Assembly (NCBI GenBank): GCA_963705105.1
Contig: CAVPIW010000009.1
Location: 160,001-224,000 of the forward strand
From: an uncultured Nitrospiraceae bacterium
GTDB lineage: Bacteria > Nitrospirota > Thermodesulfovibrionia > Thermodesulfovibrionales > Dissulfurispiraceae
DNA length: 64,000 nucleotides
Direction: 5' to 3'
Below, piece by piece: positions 31,102-41,693 of the stretch. The notes under the pieces were generated by a model. It did not search any database and was not told where the DNA came from. It worked only from the letters and a program-made list of their open reading frames with translations. Position 1 is the first letter of the stretch, and the number at the start of each line of letters is the position of its first letter. The translations under genes and the position numbers were made by a program.

Positions 31102-31245
31102 AGATTCCTCCTTCGGACGCAACATTGTTCAGTCAATTATTCATTATAGAATAAACCTGCAAAAGAAATAGTGGCAGTGTCTGTGTCGGTGTCAATGAAG
31201 GAATCGTTTTCCTCATCGATAGGAACCTCGCTGCTTCCCCGTCCG

Positions 31246-31306
31246 TGTCATGCCCGCCTGACGGGAATCACTCTTCAGGAGAGATCCCGGACAAGCCCGT
31301 ATGGCA
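31246..31306 (-). repeat. REP-like double-hairpin element, second copy
   Basis: Reverse complement resembles 27385-27444. Confidence 0.65.
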
Positions 31307-31421
31307 GATCCCGACGTCTGTATTCATTAGACTGACGCAGACACTGCCGTTCGACTGCCTCAGCGTTGCCCCTTTCTTTACGACTGTATTATACTCATGA
31401 ACTAACTTAAAGGAGGAGTAA

Positions 31422-31907
31422 ATGGTAAAGAATCTCGTTTCTATTCTCTGTTCCGCTTTTATCGCGATTGTAATGGTCTTAACGGCTGTCCCCGTATTTG
31501 CCGAGGACAAGCCCGCCGACAACATGGACATCGTCAGGGAGAAGATACGGGCCGACAAGAAACTGCTCGTCTCGGAGGTCATGGAACTGACGGAAAAAGA
31601 GGCCGCCGCGTTCTGGCCCGTCTACGACGCCTATCAGAAGGACCTTCAGAAGATCAACGACCGGACCCTGGCACTCATCGACGTGTACGCGAAAAACTAC
31701 AAGACAATGACGGACGACATGGCGAAGAAACTCCTCGATGACATGATGAAGATCGAGGCGGACCGCCAGAACATGAGGAAAGCACATCTTCCGAAGTTCC
31801 AGAAGGCCCTCTCGGCCAAGAAGGTTGCCCGCTATTATCAGCTCGAAAACAAGATCGAAGCGGTGGTGAAATACGAACTGGCGAAGGCCATTCCGCTGAT
31901 GAAATGA
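31422..31907 (+). CDS. Hypothetical exported all-helical protein
   Basis: Signal peptide; MELTEKEAAAFWPVYDAYQ...ARYYQLENKI; RBS AAGGAGG. Confidence 0.8.
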   Translation: MVKNLVSILCSAFIAIVMVLTAVPVFAEDKPADNMDIVREKIRADKKLLVSEVMELTEKEAAAFWPVYDAYQKDLQKINDRTLALIDVYAKNYKTMTDDMAKKLLDDMMKIEADRQNMRKAHLPKFQKALSAKKVARYYQLENKIEAVVKYELAKAIPLMK

Positions 31908-31973
31908 CGACGGTCTCGCACTAGACTGCACAAGGTCGCCCTCCCCCTCGAAGGGGGAGGGTACCATCAATAG

Positions 31974-32186
31974 ACCTTATCGTTGCAACACACTCCCGGG
32001 AAAGGCGGGGTGTATGCGCCGAAAACCTTGATGCGGCGACACCTGTATCGAAAGGGCAGAAGAACTATACGCCAATGGTCGATGACACAAAGAGTGGAAT
32101 CCTGAAACACGAAGCTGACGAGGCGTATCGTCGCCTTCAGCAAGGCTTTGAGGCGCTTCGCCCCGCCTTTAAATACAAATACGGGG
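31974..32186 (+). repeat. Long-hairpin intergenic repeat, copy 6 (type A)
   Basis: Core and A-type inner sequence; 3' terminus degenerate. Confidence 0.9.
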
Positions 32187-32278
32187 GAGATTCTCTCCCT
32201 TTGGGGGAGAGGGTTGGGAAAGGGTATCCGTGAATTCTGTTTTGACGATAACGGCGCATGAAAGGGGGATTAGGGAAA

Positions 32279-33598
32279 ATGAACCTGCATAACCGTTGTA
32301 TCCATCTTTTGATCTGGATCATCACCGTCCTGATGATCGTGCCTCCCGGGGTGATGGCACAGACGGGCGGAGGCGCTCCGGCCGCGACATTCACTCAGGC
32401 AGAACTGGACCAGATGCTCGCTCCGATCGCGCTATATCCCGACTCCCTGCTGACCGAAGTGCTCATGGCGTCCACGTATCCCCTGGAGATCGTTCAGGCG
32501 AGCCGCTGGGCAAAGCAGAACAAGAACCTCAAGGGCGATGCCCTGACAGCCGCTCTCGAAAAACAGGACTGGGACCCGAGCGTCAAGGCCCTCGTGAATT
32601 TCCCCGACGTGCTGGACATGATGAATGAGAAGCTGGACTGGACCCAGAAGCTGGGCGATGCATTCCTCGCCCAGCAGAAAGACGTGATGGCTTCCGTCCA
32701 GAGGCTGCGGGCCAAGGCCGAGGCGGCGGGCAACCTGAAGACGACGAAGGAACAGACAGTGATCGTCGAGAAGGAGACGCAGGTGATCGTGATCGAGCCT
32801 GCAAACCCTCAGGTCGTCTATGTCCCCACCTATAACCCGACCGTCGTTTACGGCGCCTGGGCCTATCCCGCGTATCCGCCCTATTACTATTACCCGCCCG
32901 GATACTATACGGGCGCGGCGTTCTCCTTTGCAGCAGGCGTGGCGATCGGCGCCGCCTGGGGATATGCCTGGGGGCATTCGAACTGGCATGGCGGCAATGT
33001 CGACATCGACGTCAACAGAAATACGAACATCAACCGGAACATCGACCGGGGAAAGCACCAGCAGCAGATGCAGAACAGGGGACAGCTCAACCAGGCGGGA
33101 AAAGGCAACTGGCAGCACAACGCCGATCACCGGAAGGGCGTGGCATACAGGGACTCTTCAACGGCCCAGAAGTTCGGGCAGTCATCGGCACGCACAACAC
33201 AGGCGGGCCGTGATGCCCGGGGATATTCCGGGGACCGCAGGTCCGGGACGCAGGCAGGCGTCTCTGACAGGAGTGCACGAGGCGATTCCGGCAGGGCAGG
33301 CGTTTCAGACCGGAGCACACGGGCCGACTCCGGCAGGTCCAGCGGTCGCGACAGCGCCTTCAGCGGCGGCGACAACGGCAGGTCCGAGCGCATGTCGAGC
33401 CAGCGGGGACAGACGAGCAGGAGCAGCAGCATGGAGCGAGGCGGATCGCGCGGCGGTTCCGGTGGATACAGCAGCAGCGGCTCGCGCGGCGGCTCCGGCG
33501 GATACAGCAGCGGCGGCTCCCGGGGAGGTTCCGGCGGCTTCAGCGGTGGTGGTCGCGGCGGCGGCGGTGGTGGTCGCGGCGGCGGCGGACGGAGGTAG
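32279..33598 (+). CDS. DUF3300 domain protein with Gly/Ser/Arg-rich tail
   Basis: ELDQMLAPIALYPDSLL..VLMASTYP, WDPSVKAL, IEPANPQVVYVPTYNP. Confidence 0.9.
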   Translation: MNLHNRCIHLLIWIITVLMIVPPGVMAQTGGGAPAATFTQAELDQMLAPIALYPDSLLTEVLMASTYPLEIVQASRWAKQNKNLKGDALTAALEKQDWDPSVKALVNFPDVLDMMNEKLDWTQKLGDAFLAQQKDVMASVQRLRAKAEAAGNLKTTKEQTVIVEKETQVIVIEPANPQVVYVPTYNPTVVYGAWAYPAYPPYYYYPPGYYTGAAFSFAAGVAIGAAWGYAWGHSNWHGGNVDIDVNRNTNINRNIDRGKHQQQMQNRGQLNQAGKGNWQHNADHRKGVAYRDSSTAQKFGQSSARTTQAGRDARGYSGDRRSGTQAGVSDRSARGDSGRAGVSDRSTRADSGRSSGRDSAFSGGDNGRSERMSSQRGQTSRSSSMERGGSRGGSGGYSSSGSRGGSGGYSSGGSRGGSGGFSGGGRGGGGGGRGGGGRR

Positions 33599-33682
33599 AC
33601 GATGGACCGGCACAGTATCCCAGGAGAACGTGAAAACCCGACATCACCGGATCTGCCGTATACGAGAAAGGAGCGCATCATA

Positions 33683-34663
33683 ATGCAGTGTTTCCTGAGG
33701 GGCGGAAAAACGTTGTTCCGTTCGATAGTGTGTGCAGTCATCGCGGCTGTCGTGCTCGCAGGCCTCCTATCCTCAGCCGATGCAAAGACAAAGGGACCGA
33801 AGCAGATGACTTTTGCGTCTCCCGATGAGGCGGCCGCCGCCCTTGCGGAGGCGGTCAGGAGCAATGACACGAAAGCCCAACTGTCCGTCCTCGGACCCGG
33901 CGCCACGCGCGTTCTTTCGTCGGGAGACGACGTCGCGGACAGAGCATTGAGGGAATGGTTCGTAAAGACCTTCGAGGAGTCGCATAGGATCGAACAGGAA
34001 AGCCCGGACAAGGCGGTTCTGATTGCGGGCAAAGAGGAATGGCCCCTCCCCATCCCGATTGTCAGAAAGGGGGACCGGTGGCTCTTCGACACGAAGGCCG
34101 GCAGAGAAGAGATCATCAACAGGAGGATCGGCAGGAACGAGCTGCATGTCATCGAGTTCATGCAGGCCTATGTAGATGCCCAGCGTGAATACATCGGTAA
34201 GGACTGGGACGGTGACGGGGTCCGTGCCTACGCACAGAAGGTCCGCAGCACGCCCGGCAGGAAGAACGGCCTGTACTGGGAAGCGATGGATGGGGAGCCC
34301 GAAAGCCCCTTTGGTCCCCTAGTTGCTCAGGCAGCAGCAGAAGGGTACGACGGGAAAGCGAAAAGCGGCAAGCCCTCTCCTTTTCGCGGATACTATTTCC
34401 GGATCCTGAAAGGACAGGGCAAACACGCACCCGGAGGCGCCTATGACTACGTGGTCAGGGGGAACATGATACTCGGCTTCGCGATCGTCGGCTACCCTGC
34501 GAAATACGGCTCCTCAGGGATCATGACCTTCATCGTCAACCAGGGAGGCGTGGTGCACCAGAAAGACCTGGGCGGGAACACGACAAAGACGGCACGGTCG
34601 ATGAAGCTTTACGATCCTGATGCGACATGGAAAAGGGTGGAGGAACCGGCTGAGCAGAAATAG
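33683..34663 (+). CDS. DUF2950 domain protein
   Basis: WPLPIPIV..W.FDT.AG.EEI..RRIGRNEL, YVDAQREY, GLYW, YGSSGIMTFIVN; usual partner of DUF3300. Confidence 0.9.
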   Translation: MQCFLRGGKTLFRSIVCAVIAAVVLAGLLSSADAKTKGPKQMTFASPDEAAAALAEAVRSNDTKAQLSVLGPGATRVLSSGDDVADRALREWFVKTFEESHRIEQESPDKAVLIAGKEEWPLPIPIVRKGDRWLFDTKAGREEIINRRIGRNELHVIEFMQAYVDAQREYIGKDWDGDGVRAYAQKVRSTPGRKNGLYWEAMDGEPESPFGPLVAQAAAEGYDGKAKSGKPSPFRGYYFRILKGQGKHAPGGAYDYVVRGNMILGFAIVGYPAKYGSSGIMTFIVNQGGVVHQKDLGGNTTKTARSMKLYDPDATWKRVEEPAEQK

Positions 34664-34869
34664 ACATTGCATGAAAAGGCGGGACGAGTGCCTCAAAGCC
34701 TTGCTGATAGCGAGCATGATCATTTGAAATTGGACATTCGGGATTCCACCCGACCTGTCATCAACCGTCAGCCTGAAATGATCCGTATGGGAAGGCAAAG
34801 GTTTAGCAGCACCAAGGCTTTTCGGCATCTTCGCCCGCCTTCCCGAAAGTCCTGTTGCAACGATATGGT
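34664..34869 (-). repeat. Long-hairpin intergenic repeat, copy 7 (diverged B/A chimera)
   Basis: Minus strand ACCATATCGTTGCA...ATCATTTCAGGCTGACGGTT...GGAATCC...CAGCAAGGCTTTGAGGC...CCCGCCTTTTCATGCAA. Confidence 0.8.
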
Positions 34870-34898
34870 ATACATTGCTGTTGTATGAGGAGGCGGAC

Positions 34899-35966
34899 AT
34901 GTTAGACAAAATAACCGCACTGTTGGGAGATGAGTCGAAATTCCTCCTGGATCATGTGACAAGAACGATCCCGAAGGAGCAGATACATTTGCCCGGTCCC
35001 GATTTCATCAACCGCGTCTGGGCGCATTCGGACCGCAAGACAACGGTCCTGAGAAACCTGCAGTCGCTGTATGGAACAGGGAGACTGGCGCATACGGGCT
35101 ACCTGTCGATCCTCCCCGTCGACCAGGGCATCGAGCATTCGGCGGCGGCATCTTTTGCGCCGAATCCCGCCTATTTCGATCCCGGCAACATCGTCAAGCT
35201 CGCCGTCGAGGGCGGCTGCAACGCCGTCGCGTCCACCTTCGGCGTTCTCGGGGCCGTGGCACGTCAATATGCGCACAGGATACCTTTCGTCGTGAAGATC
35301 AACCACAACGAGTTCCTGACCTATCCGAACAAATTCGACCAGATCCTCTTCGGCACCCTGAGGGAAGCAAGGGAGATGGGCGCCGCGGCGGTGGGAGCGA
35401 CGGTCTACTTCGGCTCGGCCGAGTCGGGCCGGCAGATCGTCGAGATCGCCCAGGCCTTCGATATGGCCCACGACCTCGGCATGGCCACCATCCTCTGGTG
35501 CTATCTCAGGAACAACGCCTTCAAGACAGGCGGGGTTGACTACCACCTCTCCGCCGACCTGACGGGCCAGGCCAACCACCTCGGCGTCACCATCCAGGCA
35601 GATATCATCAAGCAGAAGCTGCCCGAGAACAACGGGGGATTCAGGGCCGTCAGCTCGAAGGAAAACCCCTACGGCAAGACGGACGAACGCATCTACTCGG
35701 AGCTGACGAGCGACCACCCCATCGATCTCGTGCGCTACCAGGTCGCCAACTGCTACATGGGACGGGTCAGCCTCATCAACTCCGGCGGACCTTCGGGAAA
35801 GAACGACTTCGCCGAGGCGGTCCGCACCGCCGTCATCAACAAGCGGGGCGGAGGCGCCGGGCTCATCTCGGGCAGAAAGGCATTCCAGCGGCCCATGGCC
35901 GAGGGGGCGGCGCTGCTGCAGGCCATCCAGGACGTCTATCTCTGCGGGGACGTCACCGTCGCATAG
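34899..35966 (+). CDS. fbaB: Class I fructose-bisphosphate aldolase
   Basis: [66 protein letters not shown]. Confidence 0.95.
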   Translation: MLDKITALLGDESKFLLDHVTRTIPKEQIHLPGPDFINRVWAHSDRKTTVLRNLQSLYGTGRLAHTGYLSILPVDQGIEHSAAASFAPNPAYFDPGNIVKLAVEGGCNAVASTFGVLGAVARQYAHRIPFVVKINHNEFLTYPNKFDQILFGTLREAREMGAAAVGATVYFGSAESGRQIVEIAQAFDMAHDLGMATILWCYLRNNAFKTGGVDYHLSADLTGQANHLGVTIQADIIKQKLPENNGGFRAVSSKENPYGKTDERIYSELTSDHPIDLVRYQVANCYMGRVSLINSGGPSGKNDFAEAVRTAVINKRGGGAGLISGRKAFQRPMAEGAALLQAIQDVYLCGDVTVA

Positions 35967-36088
35967 CGCACGAGGCATGCACTGGAACGGAGGAGGCTTG
36001 CGTATCGCGGAGCTCACTCCTATCTTTCAAGGATGACCTCCGTCGCATGAACGAGGAGGAAACAGATGAAGACCAAAGGAGAAGAGCC

Positions 36089-38512
36089 ATGAAACGCAAT
36101 GCCATCAACATGACTATCGGCGTTACCCTGACGGCGGCCTGCGCAGCGACAGCCGCCGCGCAGACAATGCCGGACCGCACGGTGCTGCCGATCCAGGAAC
36201 CGAAACGGCCACTCTACACTGAGCTCGATGCCCGGAATGTGAAAGCACCGCCTCACTTCGAGGTCAAGGCTCCAGCAGGCGCTCCCAACGTCGTGATCAT
36301 ATTGATCGACGATCTGGGGTTCGGCGCCACAGAGACCTATGGCGGCCCGATCACCACGCCGACGCTTGAGCGCCTGGCCAGGAACGGACTGATATACAAC
36401 AATTTCCACACAACCGCTCTTTCCTCACCGACGCGGGCTGCGCTCAAGTCGGGCCGCAACCATCACACGGTGAACATGGGTTTCATCACCGAGATGGCGA
36501 CCTCGTTCCCCGGCGCCACCGGCCAGATACCCAATGCGACGGCCCCGCTGGCGGAGATGCTGCGCCTGAACGGTTACAGCACGGCGGCTTTCGGCAAGTG
36601 GCACGAGACCGCCGCATGGGAAGCCAGTGTCTCCGGCCCCTTCGACCGCTGGCCGACGCACCAGGGCTTCGACAAATTCTACGGTTTCATCGGCGGCGAG
36701 ACGACCCAATGGGCGCCCTTCCTGTACGATGGCGTCGCTCAGGTCGAGCTGCCGAATGACCCGAACTATCACTTCATGACCGACATGACCGACAAGGCGG
36801 TCGCCTGGATCAAGTACCAGAAGGCCTTGACGCCCGACAGGCCATTCTTCATCTATTTCGCTCCAGGGGCCACCCACGCGCCGCACCACGTGCCCAAGGA
36901 TTGGATCGCCAAATGGAAAGGCAAGTTCGACCGGGGATGGGACAAACTGCGCGAAGAAACCCTGGCCCGGCAGATCAAGATGGGCGTGGTGCCTGCCGGC
37001 ACGAAACTCGCGCCCAAGCCTGAGGCCATCAAGGACTGGGACAAGCTGACCGCTGACGAGAAGCGTCTGTTCAGCCGTCAGGCTGAAGTTTTCGCCGCTT
37101 ATCTGGATTACACCGATCACGAAATCGGCCGGATGCTCAAGGCCGTCGAGGCGACCGGGCAGGCTGACAACACCCTTGTGTTCTATATCGCCGGCGACAA
37201 CGGCGCCAGCGGCGAAGGCGGCCAGAACGGCGTGTTCAACGAGTACACCTACTTCAACGGCGTCCACGAGAGGGTCGAGGACATGCTGAAGATGGCCGAC
37301 AAGTGGGGAGGCCCCGAGACCTATCCTCACATGGCCGCCGGCTGGGCTGTGGCCTTCGATTCCCCCTTTGGCTGGATGAAGCAGGTGGCCTCGGATTTCG
37401 GCGGTACGCGCAACGGCATGGTGGTCCACTGGCCGAATGGGATCAGGGCGAAGAACGAGATCCGCTCCCAGTTCAGCCATGTGATTGACGTTGCGCCGAC
37501 CGTCCTGCAGGCCGCTGGACTGCCGGAGCCCAAGTCGGTGAACGGCACGCCTCAGATCCCGATGGAGGGCACGAGCCTGATGTATTCCTTCGACGACGCC
37601 AAGGCTAAGGAGCGCCATGTCACGCAGTACTTCGAGATCGCCGGCAATCGCGGCATCTACCACGATGGCTGGTTCGCCCGCACTCTCCACCGGGCGCCGT
37701 GGGAGCCCAAGGGACGCCATCCGCTGGACAAGGACGTCTGGGAGCTGTATGACACGCGAACCGACTTCAGCCTGGCCAACGACCTCGCCACGAAGAACCC
37801 GGAAAAGCTCGCGGAGATGCAGGCCATCTTCATGAAGGAGGCCGAGAAGCACCACGTGTTGCCCATCGACGATCGCGTCTTCGAGCGACTCGATGGCAAA
37901 TCGGTCGGGCGGCCGGACCTGATGGCGGGCCGCACGTCGCTGACCCTTGCCGAGGGCATGACGGGTATGATGGAGAGCGCCTTCATCAACGTGAAAAACA
38001 GGTCCAAAACCATCACGGCCGAGATCGACGTGCCGGCCAGCGGAGTGAACGGCACAATCCTCGTCCAGGGCGGACGCTTCGGCGGCTGGTCGCTGTACGT
38101 GAAAAACGGCCTCCCCGCCTACGACTACAACTTCCTCGGCCTCCAGCGCAGCTCAGTCGCCGCTGCCAAACCGCTCGTCCCCGGCAAGGCGACGATCCGC
38201 TTCGACTTCGCCTATGACGGAGGCGGCCCCGGCAAGGGGGGCAAAGGAACCCTGTACGTGAACGACGAAAAGGTTGCGGAGGGTCGGATCGAGCATACAC
38301 AGGCCGGAATATTCTCGGCCGATGAGACAGCCGATGTGGGTATTGACCTCGGCACACCCGTGGTCGAAGCCATCGGGGCTGAACGCGCGTCGAAGTTCAC
38401 CGGCAAGATCCACAAGGTCACCATCGAAGTGAAAGAGACGAAGATGCCTGACAAGGCGGAGGATGACAAGGCCCGCGCGGTCGCCGCTCGTAAAAAAGCG
38501 CTGTCGGACTGA
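36089..38512 (+). CDS. Arylsulfatase (Ser-type active site)
   Basis: PNVVIILIDDLGFG, HTTALSSPTRAALKSGRNHH (SxPxR), FGKWHE, GDNG; signal peptide. Confidence 0.93.
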   Translation: MKRNAINMTIGVTLTAACAATAAAQTMPDRTVLPIQEPKRPLYTELDARNVKAPPHFEVKAPAGAPNVVIILIDDLGFGATETYGGPITTPTLERLARNGLIYNNFHTTALSSPTRAALKSGRNHHTVNMGFITEMATSFPGATGQIPNATAPLAEMLRLNGYSTAAFGKWHETAAWEASVSGPFDRWPTHQGFDKFYGFIGGETTQWAPFLYDGVAQVELPNDPNYHFMTDMTDKAVAWIKYQKALTPDRPFFIYFAPGATHAPHHVPKDWIAKWKGKFDRGWDKLREETLARQIKMGVVPAGTKLAPKPEAIKDWDKLTADEKRLFSRQAEVFAAYLDYTDHEIGRMLKAVEATGQADNTLVFYIAGDNGASGEGGQNGVFNEYTYFNGVHERVEDMLKMADKWGGPETYPHMAAGWAVAFDSPFGWMKQVASDFGGTRNGMVVHWPNGIRAKNEIRSQFSHVIDVAPTVLQAAGLPEPKSVNGTPQIPMEGTSLMYSFDDAKAKERHVTQYFEIAGNRGIYHDGWFARTLHRAPWEPKGRHPLDKDVWELYDTRTDFSLANDLATKNPEKLAEMQAIFMKEAEKHHVLPIDDRVFERLDGKSVGRPDLMAGRTSLTLAEGMTGMMESAFINVKNRSKTITAEIDVPASGVNGTILVQGGRFGGWSLYVKNGLPAYDYNFLGLQRSSVAAAKPLVPGKATIRFDFAYDGGGPGKGGKGTLYVNDEKVAEGRIEHTQAGIFSADETADVGIDLGTPVVEAIGAERASKFTGKIHKVTIEVKETKMPDKAEDDKARAVAARKKALSD

Positions 38513-38561
38513 GTGTGCCATGTATGCGCCCAGAAAGAACATGAGGAGAAAGGAGACGAAC

Positions 38562-39407
38562 ATGAAAATGAACAAGTGCGCGTTGTTCGTTGCGGCGCTG
38601 GCCGCAGTCATATTGATAGCGCCTGATAGTAGCATGTGCCAACAGCCGACCGCCGCGGAGCGGGTAGCGGCCCTTGCGGCAGCGCCGGCCACCGCAGAGC
38701 CGAAGGGAAGCGATGCGAAGTCCATCCTCAAGGCCATGGCAGACTATGTAAGCAGTCAGAAGACAATAGAGCTCACATTTGACAGCGATATCGAGGTCAT
38801 CACGCCGCAACTCGAGAAGATCCAGTTCACCAATTCCGGCGAGGCGCTGTTGAGCCGCCCGGACAAGCTACGCGCTCACCGGGTCGGCGGCTATGCGGAT
38901 GTGGCGCTCTACTTCGACGGCAAGACAGTCACCATCTATGGCAAGAGCATCAACGGCTACGCGCAGTTCGAGGCTTCGGGGACCGTGGACCACCTGGTCG
39001 AAGCCTTGAGGGCCGGCCACGGTGTCTCACTGCCGTTCGCCGACCTTATCCTGTCGAATTCATACGACGTCCTCGTGGCCGGGGTCAGGGAAGCCAAGCA
39101 TATCGGCCGCGGCGTCATCGATGGCCGGGAATGCGAGCACCTTGCCTTCCGCAACGCCGATACGGACTGGCAGATCTGGGTGGAGGCGGGCAAGACGCCT
39201 GTTCCGCGCAAAATGGTGATTACGAGCAAGACCATGAACAGCGCGCCGCAATATACTCTTCGCGTCAAGAGCTGGAAAACGGGCGTCCAGCCGGCGCCTG
39301 ATGCATTCACGTTCACACCGCCGGCGGGAGCGAAAAAGCTCAGCCCGGACGCTCTGATCGATCTCGACGAATTACCGCAGAGTGCACAGGAAGGAGGAAA
39401 TCAATGA
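38562..39407 (+). CDS. DUF2092 (LolA-like) periplasmic protein
   Basis: RPDKLRA, FDGKT, CEHLAFR...DWQIWVE.G..PVPRKMVIT. Confidence 0.85.
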   Translation: MKMNKCALFVAALAAVILIAPDSSMCQQPTAAERVAALAAAPATAEPKGSDAKSILKAMADYVSSQKTIELTFDSDIEVITPQLEKIQFTNSGEALLSRPDKLRAHRVGGYADVALYFDGKTVTIYGKSINGYAQFEASGTVDHLVEALRAGHGVSLPFADLILSNSYDVLVAGVREAKHIGRGVIDGRECEHLAFRNADTDWQIWVEAGKTPVPRKMVITSKTMNSAPQYTLRVKSWKTGVQPAPDAFTFTPPAGAKKLSPDALIDLDELPQSAQEGGNQ

Positions 39408-39772
39408 AACATGTCATAATCAGGTCCATACTCATACTTGGTATAGCTGCTGCCGCGTGGCTTTGGAGTGGCGAAATCTGGCCGGACTACGGTGGAGATC
39501 TGGTTGACACCGCGGAAGCTGTCGTCGGTGCACCGGCGACACCGGTCAGCTATGCCGGCGTGGCCCGACGCTCCACCGTCGGGGCAGGAGCGCCCGGTGT
39601 GGGTGTTACGCCGGGAGTCGGGGCGGGGGCGCCCGGCGTTGGTGTTACACCCGGAGTCGGGGCGGGGGCACCCGGCGTTGGTGTTACGCCCGGAGTCGGG
39701 GCAGGGGCGCCGGGTCCGGGAGCTGCGCCCGCGAACCGGGGCGGACCCGTGAACAGGGCCGGGGTGCGCTAA
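39404..39772 (+). CDS. Small exported protein with TPVSYAGVARR motif and GVGAGAPGVGVTP repeats
   Basis: Signal peptide; 39-bp tandem repeats at about 39578-39715. Confidence 0.75.
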   Translation: MKHVIIRSILILGIAAAAWLWSGEIWPDYGGDLVDTAEAVVGAPATPVSYAGVARRSTVGAGAPGVGVTPGVGAGAPGVGVTPGVGAGAPGVGVTPGVGAGAPGPGAAPANRGGPVNRAGVR

Positions 39773-39790
39773 GCTCACGCCTATGAGCCG

Positions 39791-40273
39791 TTGGACGCTA
39801 CAGTGAATGTGAACCCTACTATTATAGAAGCCACAGGCAGGAACCCCGGAGGTTTGATCCGCGGGGTGTTCGTTTCAGTGGCCGCTCTACTCATGCTGTT
39901 CGGCACGTCAGTCACGCCCGATGCACTGACTGCAGCCGCTGATGCGGCACAGTCAGTGCCCAAAGGTGACGAAAAGCGTCTGATCGGGCGCTGGGAAAGA
40001 CCTGATGGGGGCTATATCCTCGAACTGAAGGAAATAGGAAAGAACGGCACCCTGAAAGCGGCTTATTTCAATCCACGGCCGATCAACGTCTCCAGGGCTG
40101 AACTGAAGCGCAAGAACGGGGTGCTGACGGTATTCATCGAGTTGCGCGATGTCAACTACCCCGGTTCGACATACAATCTTCGGTACGATCCGAAAGCAGA
40201 CCGGTTGATCGGGACTTATTTCCAGGCTGTGGCGCGGGAAACCTATGACATTGAGTTTGTGAGGGCCAAGTGA
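39791..40273 (+). CDS. Hypothetical exported protein
   Basis: GRWERPDGGYILE...AAYFNPRPINV...ELRDVNYPGSTY; start uncertain. Confidence 0.7.
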   Translation: MDATVNVNPTIIEATGRNPGGLIRGVFVSVAALLMLFGTSVTPDALTAAADAAQSVPKGDEKRLIGRWERPDGGYILELKEIGKNGTLKAAYFNPRPINVSRAELKRKNGVLTVFIELRDVNYPGSTYNLRYDPKADRLIGTYFQAVARETYDIEFVRAK

Positions 40274-40347
40274 TGAGCACTCTCTCACAGGTTTACTCTG
40301 TCGAGGAAGTGCAAGGGAAAATTCTCCGACAGACGATTTGAAAATCA

Positions 40348-41637
40348 ATGGCTGCTGAAGAAAACACACATAGGCAGCGAGAAGGTGCCGGCCAGGGAAT
40401 CCACGTGGTGGCGAAGCCCATCGGCCCGGTCTGCAATCTCAACTGCGAGTACTGCTTCTACCTCGAGAAACAGGCCCTGTTCGGCCCCGGCGAGCAGTAC
40501 CGCATGTCCGATGAGGTCCTTGCCGCATTCATCGCCAACTACATTTCATCGCAGCCGACGCCTGTCGTCGAGTTCGTCTGGCAGGGCGGGGAGCCGACAC
40601 TCCTGGGGATAGACTTCTTCAGGAAGGTCATCGAGTTGCAGAGACCGTTCGCAGGGACAAAGACGATCACCAATTCCATCCAGACCAACGGGACGCTGCT
40701 CACCGATGAGTGGTGTGCCTTCCTGAGGAATCACGATTTTATGGTGGGCATCAGCCTCGACGGTCCCAGGGAAGTGCACAACCGCTACCGCCGTGACCGT
40801 AAAGGCAGAGGGACTTTCGACAAGGTGATGAAGGGGCTCAGACTCCTGCAAAAGCACAACGTCGAATACAATGTGCTGGCCTGTGTCGCCCGTGAGACCG
40901 CCCGGTATCCGCTTGAGGTCTACCGTTTCTTGAAGGGGGAAGGAGTCGAGTTCATCCAGTTCACCCCGGTTGTAGAACGTATGCCCGATGCCTGCAGCAG
41001 GCGGCACGGCCTGCGCCTCGCCGGCCCGGCGGCGCTGGACAAAAAAAAGCAGGAGACTGAAGTCACTCCCTGGTCGGTCATCCCCGGGGACTACGGAGAC
41101 TTTCTCATTGCCGTGTATGAGGAATGGGTGCGTCACGATGTGGGCAAGACCTTCGTCATGAACTTCGAGTGGGCGCTCAATGCCTGGATCGGCAACCCAT
41201 CGCCGGTCTGTATCCACGCGAAACAATGCGGCCGGTCCGTCGTGCTGGAGCATAACGGCGATGTCTATGCCTGTGACCATTGTGTCTATCCGGAGCAGCG
41301 ACTCGGGAGCGTCGTTCACGACAGCCTGGCGGCCATGGCCTCAAAGTCGAGACAGTCCGGCTTCGGCGTCACGAAGGAGACCGCCCTGCCCCACTGGTGC
41401 AGGGAATGCGAGGTCCTGGCAGCCTGCCGGGGCGGCTGCTCGAAGCAGCGCTTTGAAGTGACACCATATAACGAACCGGGGCTCCACTATCTCTGCAGCG
41501 GATACAGGAAATTTTTCCTCCACATCCGCAAGTATTTGCGTGCCATGACCCAATTGCTCGAAAACGCTCTCCCGGCATCGTACGTTATGGATGCGGTCAA
41601 AGGACCACTGGTGATAAAGCTCGTGGATAGACAATGA
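40348..41637 (+). CDS. Anaerobic sulfatase-maturating radical SAM enzyme (anSME/AtsB)
   Basis: KPIGPVCNLNCEYCFY, WQGGEPTL, QTNG, ISLDGP, SPASM cysteines (ACDH, CRECEVLAACRGGC, YLC). Confidence 0.93.
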   Translation: MAAEENTHRQREGAGQGIHVVAKPIGPVCNLNCEYCFYLEKQALFGPGEQYRMSDEVLAAFIANYISSQPTPVVEFVWQGGEPTLLGIDFFRKVIELQRPFAGTKTITNSIQTNGTLLTDEWCAFLRNHDFMVGISLDGPREVHNRYRRDRKGRGTFDKVMKGLRLLQKHNVEYNVLACVARETARYPLEVYRFLKGEGVEFIQFTPVVERMPDACSRRHGLRLAGPAALDKKKQETEVTPWSVIPGDYGDFLIAVYEEWVRHDVGKTFVMNFEWALNAWIGNPSPVCIHAKQCGRSVVLEHNGDVYACDHCVYPEQRLGSVVHDSLAAMASKSRQSGFGVTKETALPHWCRECEVLAACRGGCSKQRFEVTPYNEPGLHYLCSGYRKFFLHIRKYLRAMTQLLENALPASYVMDAVKGPLVIKLVDRQ

Positions 41638-41693
41638 CAGCTCGACAGTCATCAAAGAGACTGCGCCTCTGAAAGGATGCAAGAGAGTGATGT

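Noticed and set aside
33430..33598. GC-rich tandem repeats at the DUF3300 end
   Set aside because: They encode the ordinary Gly/Ser/Arg low-complexity tail.
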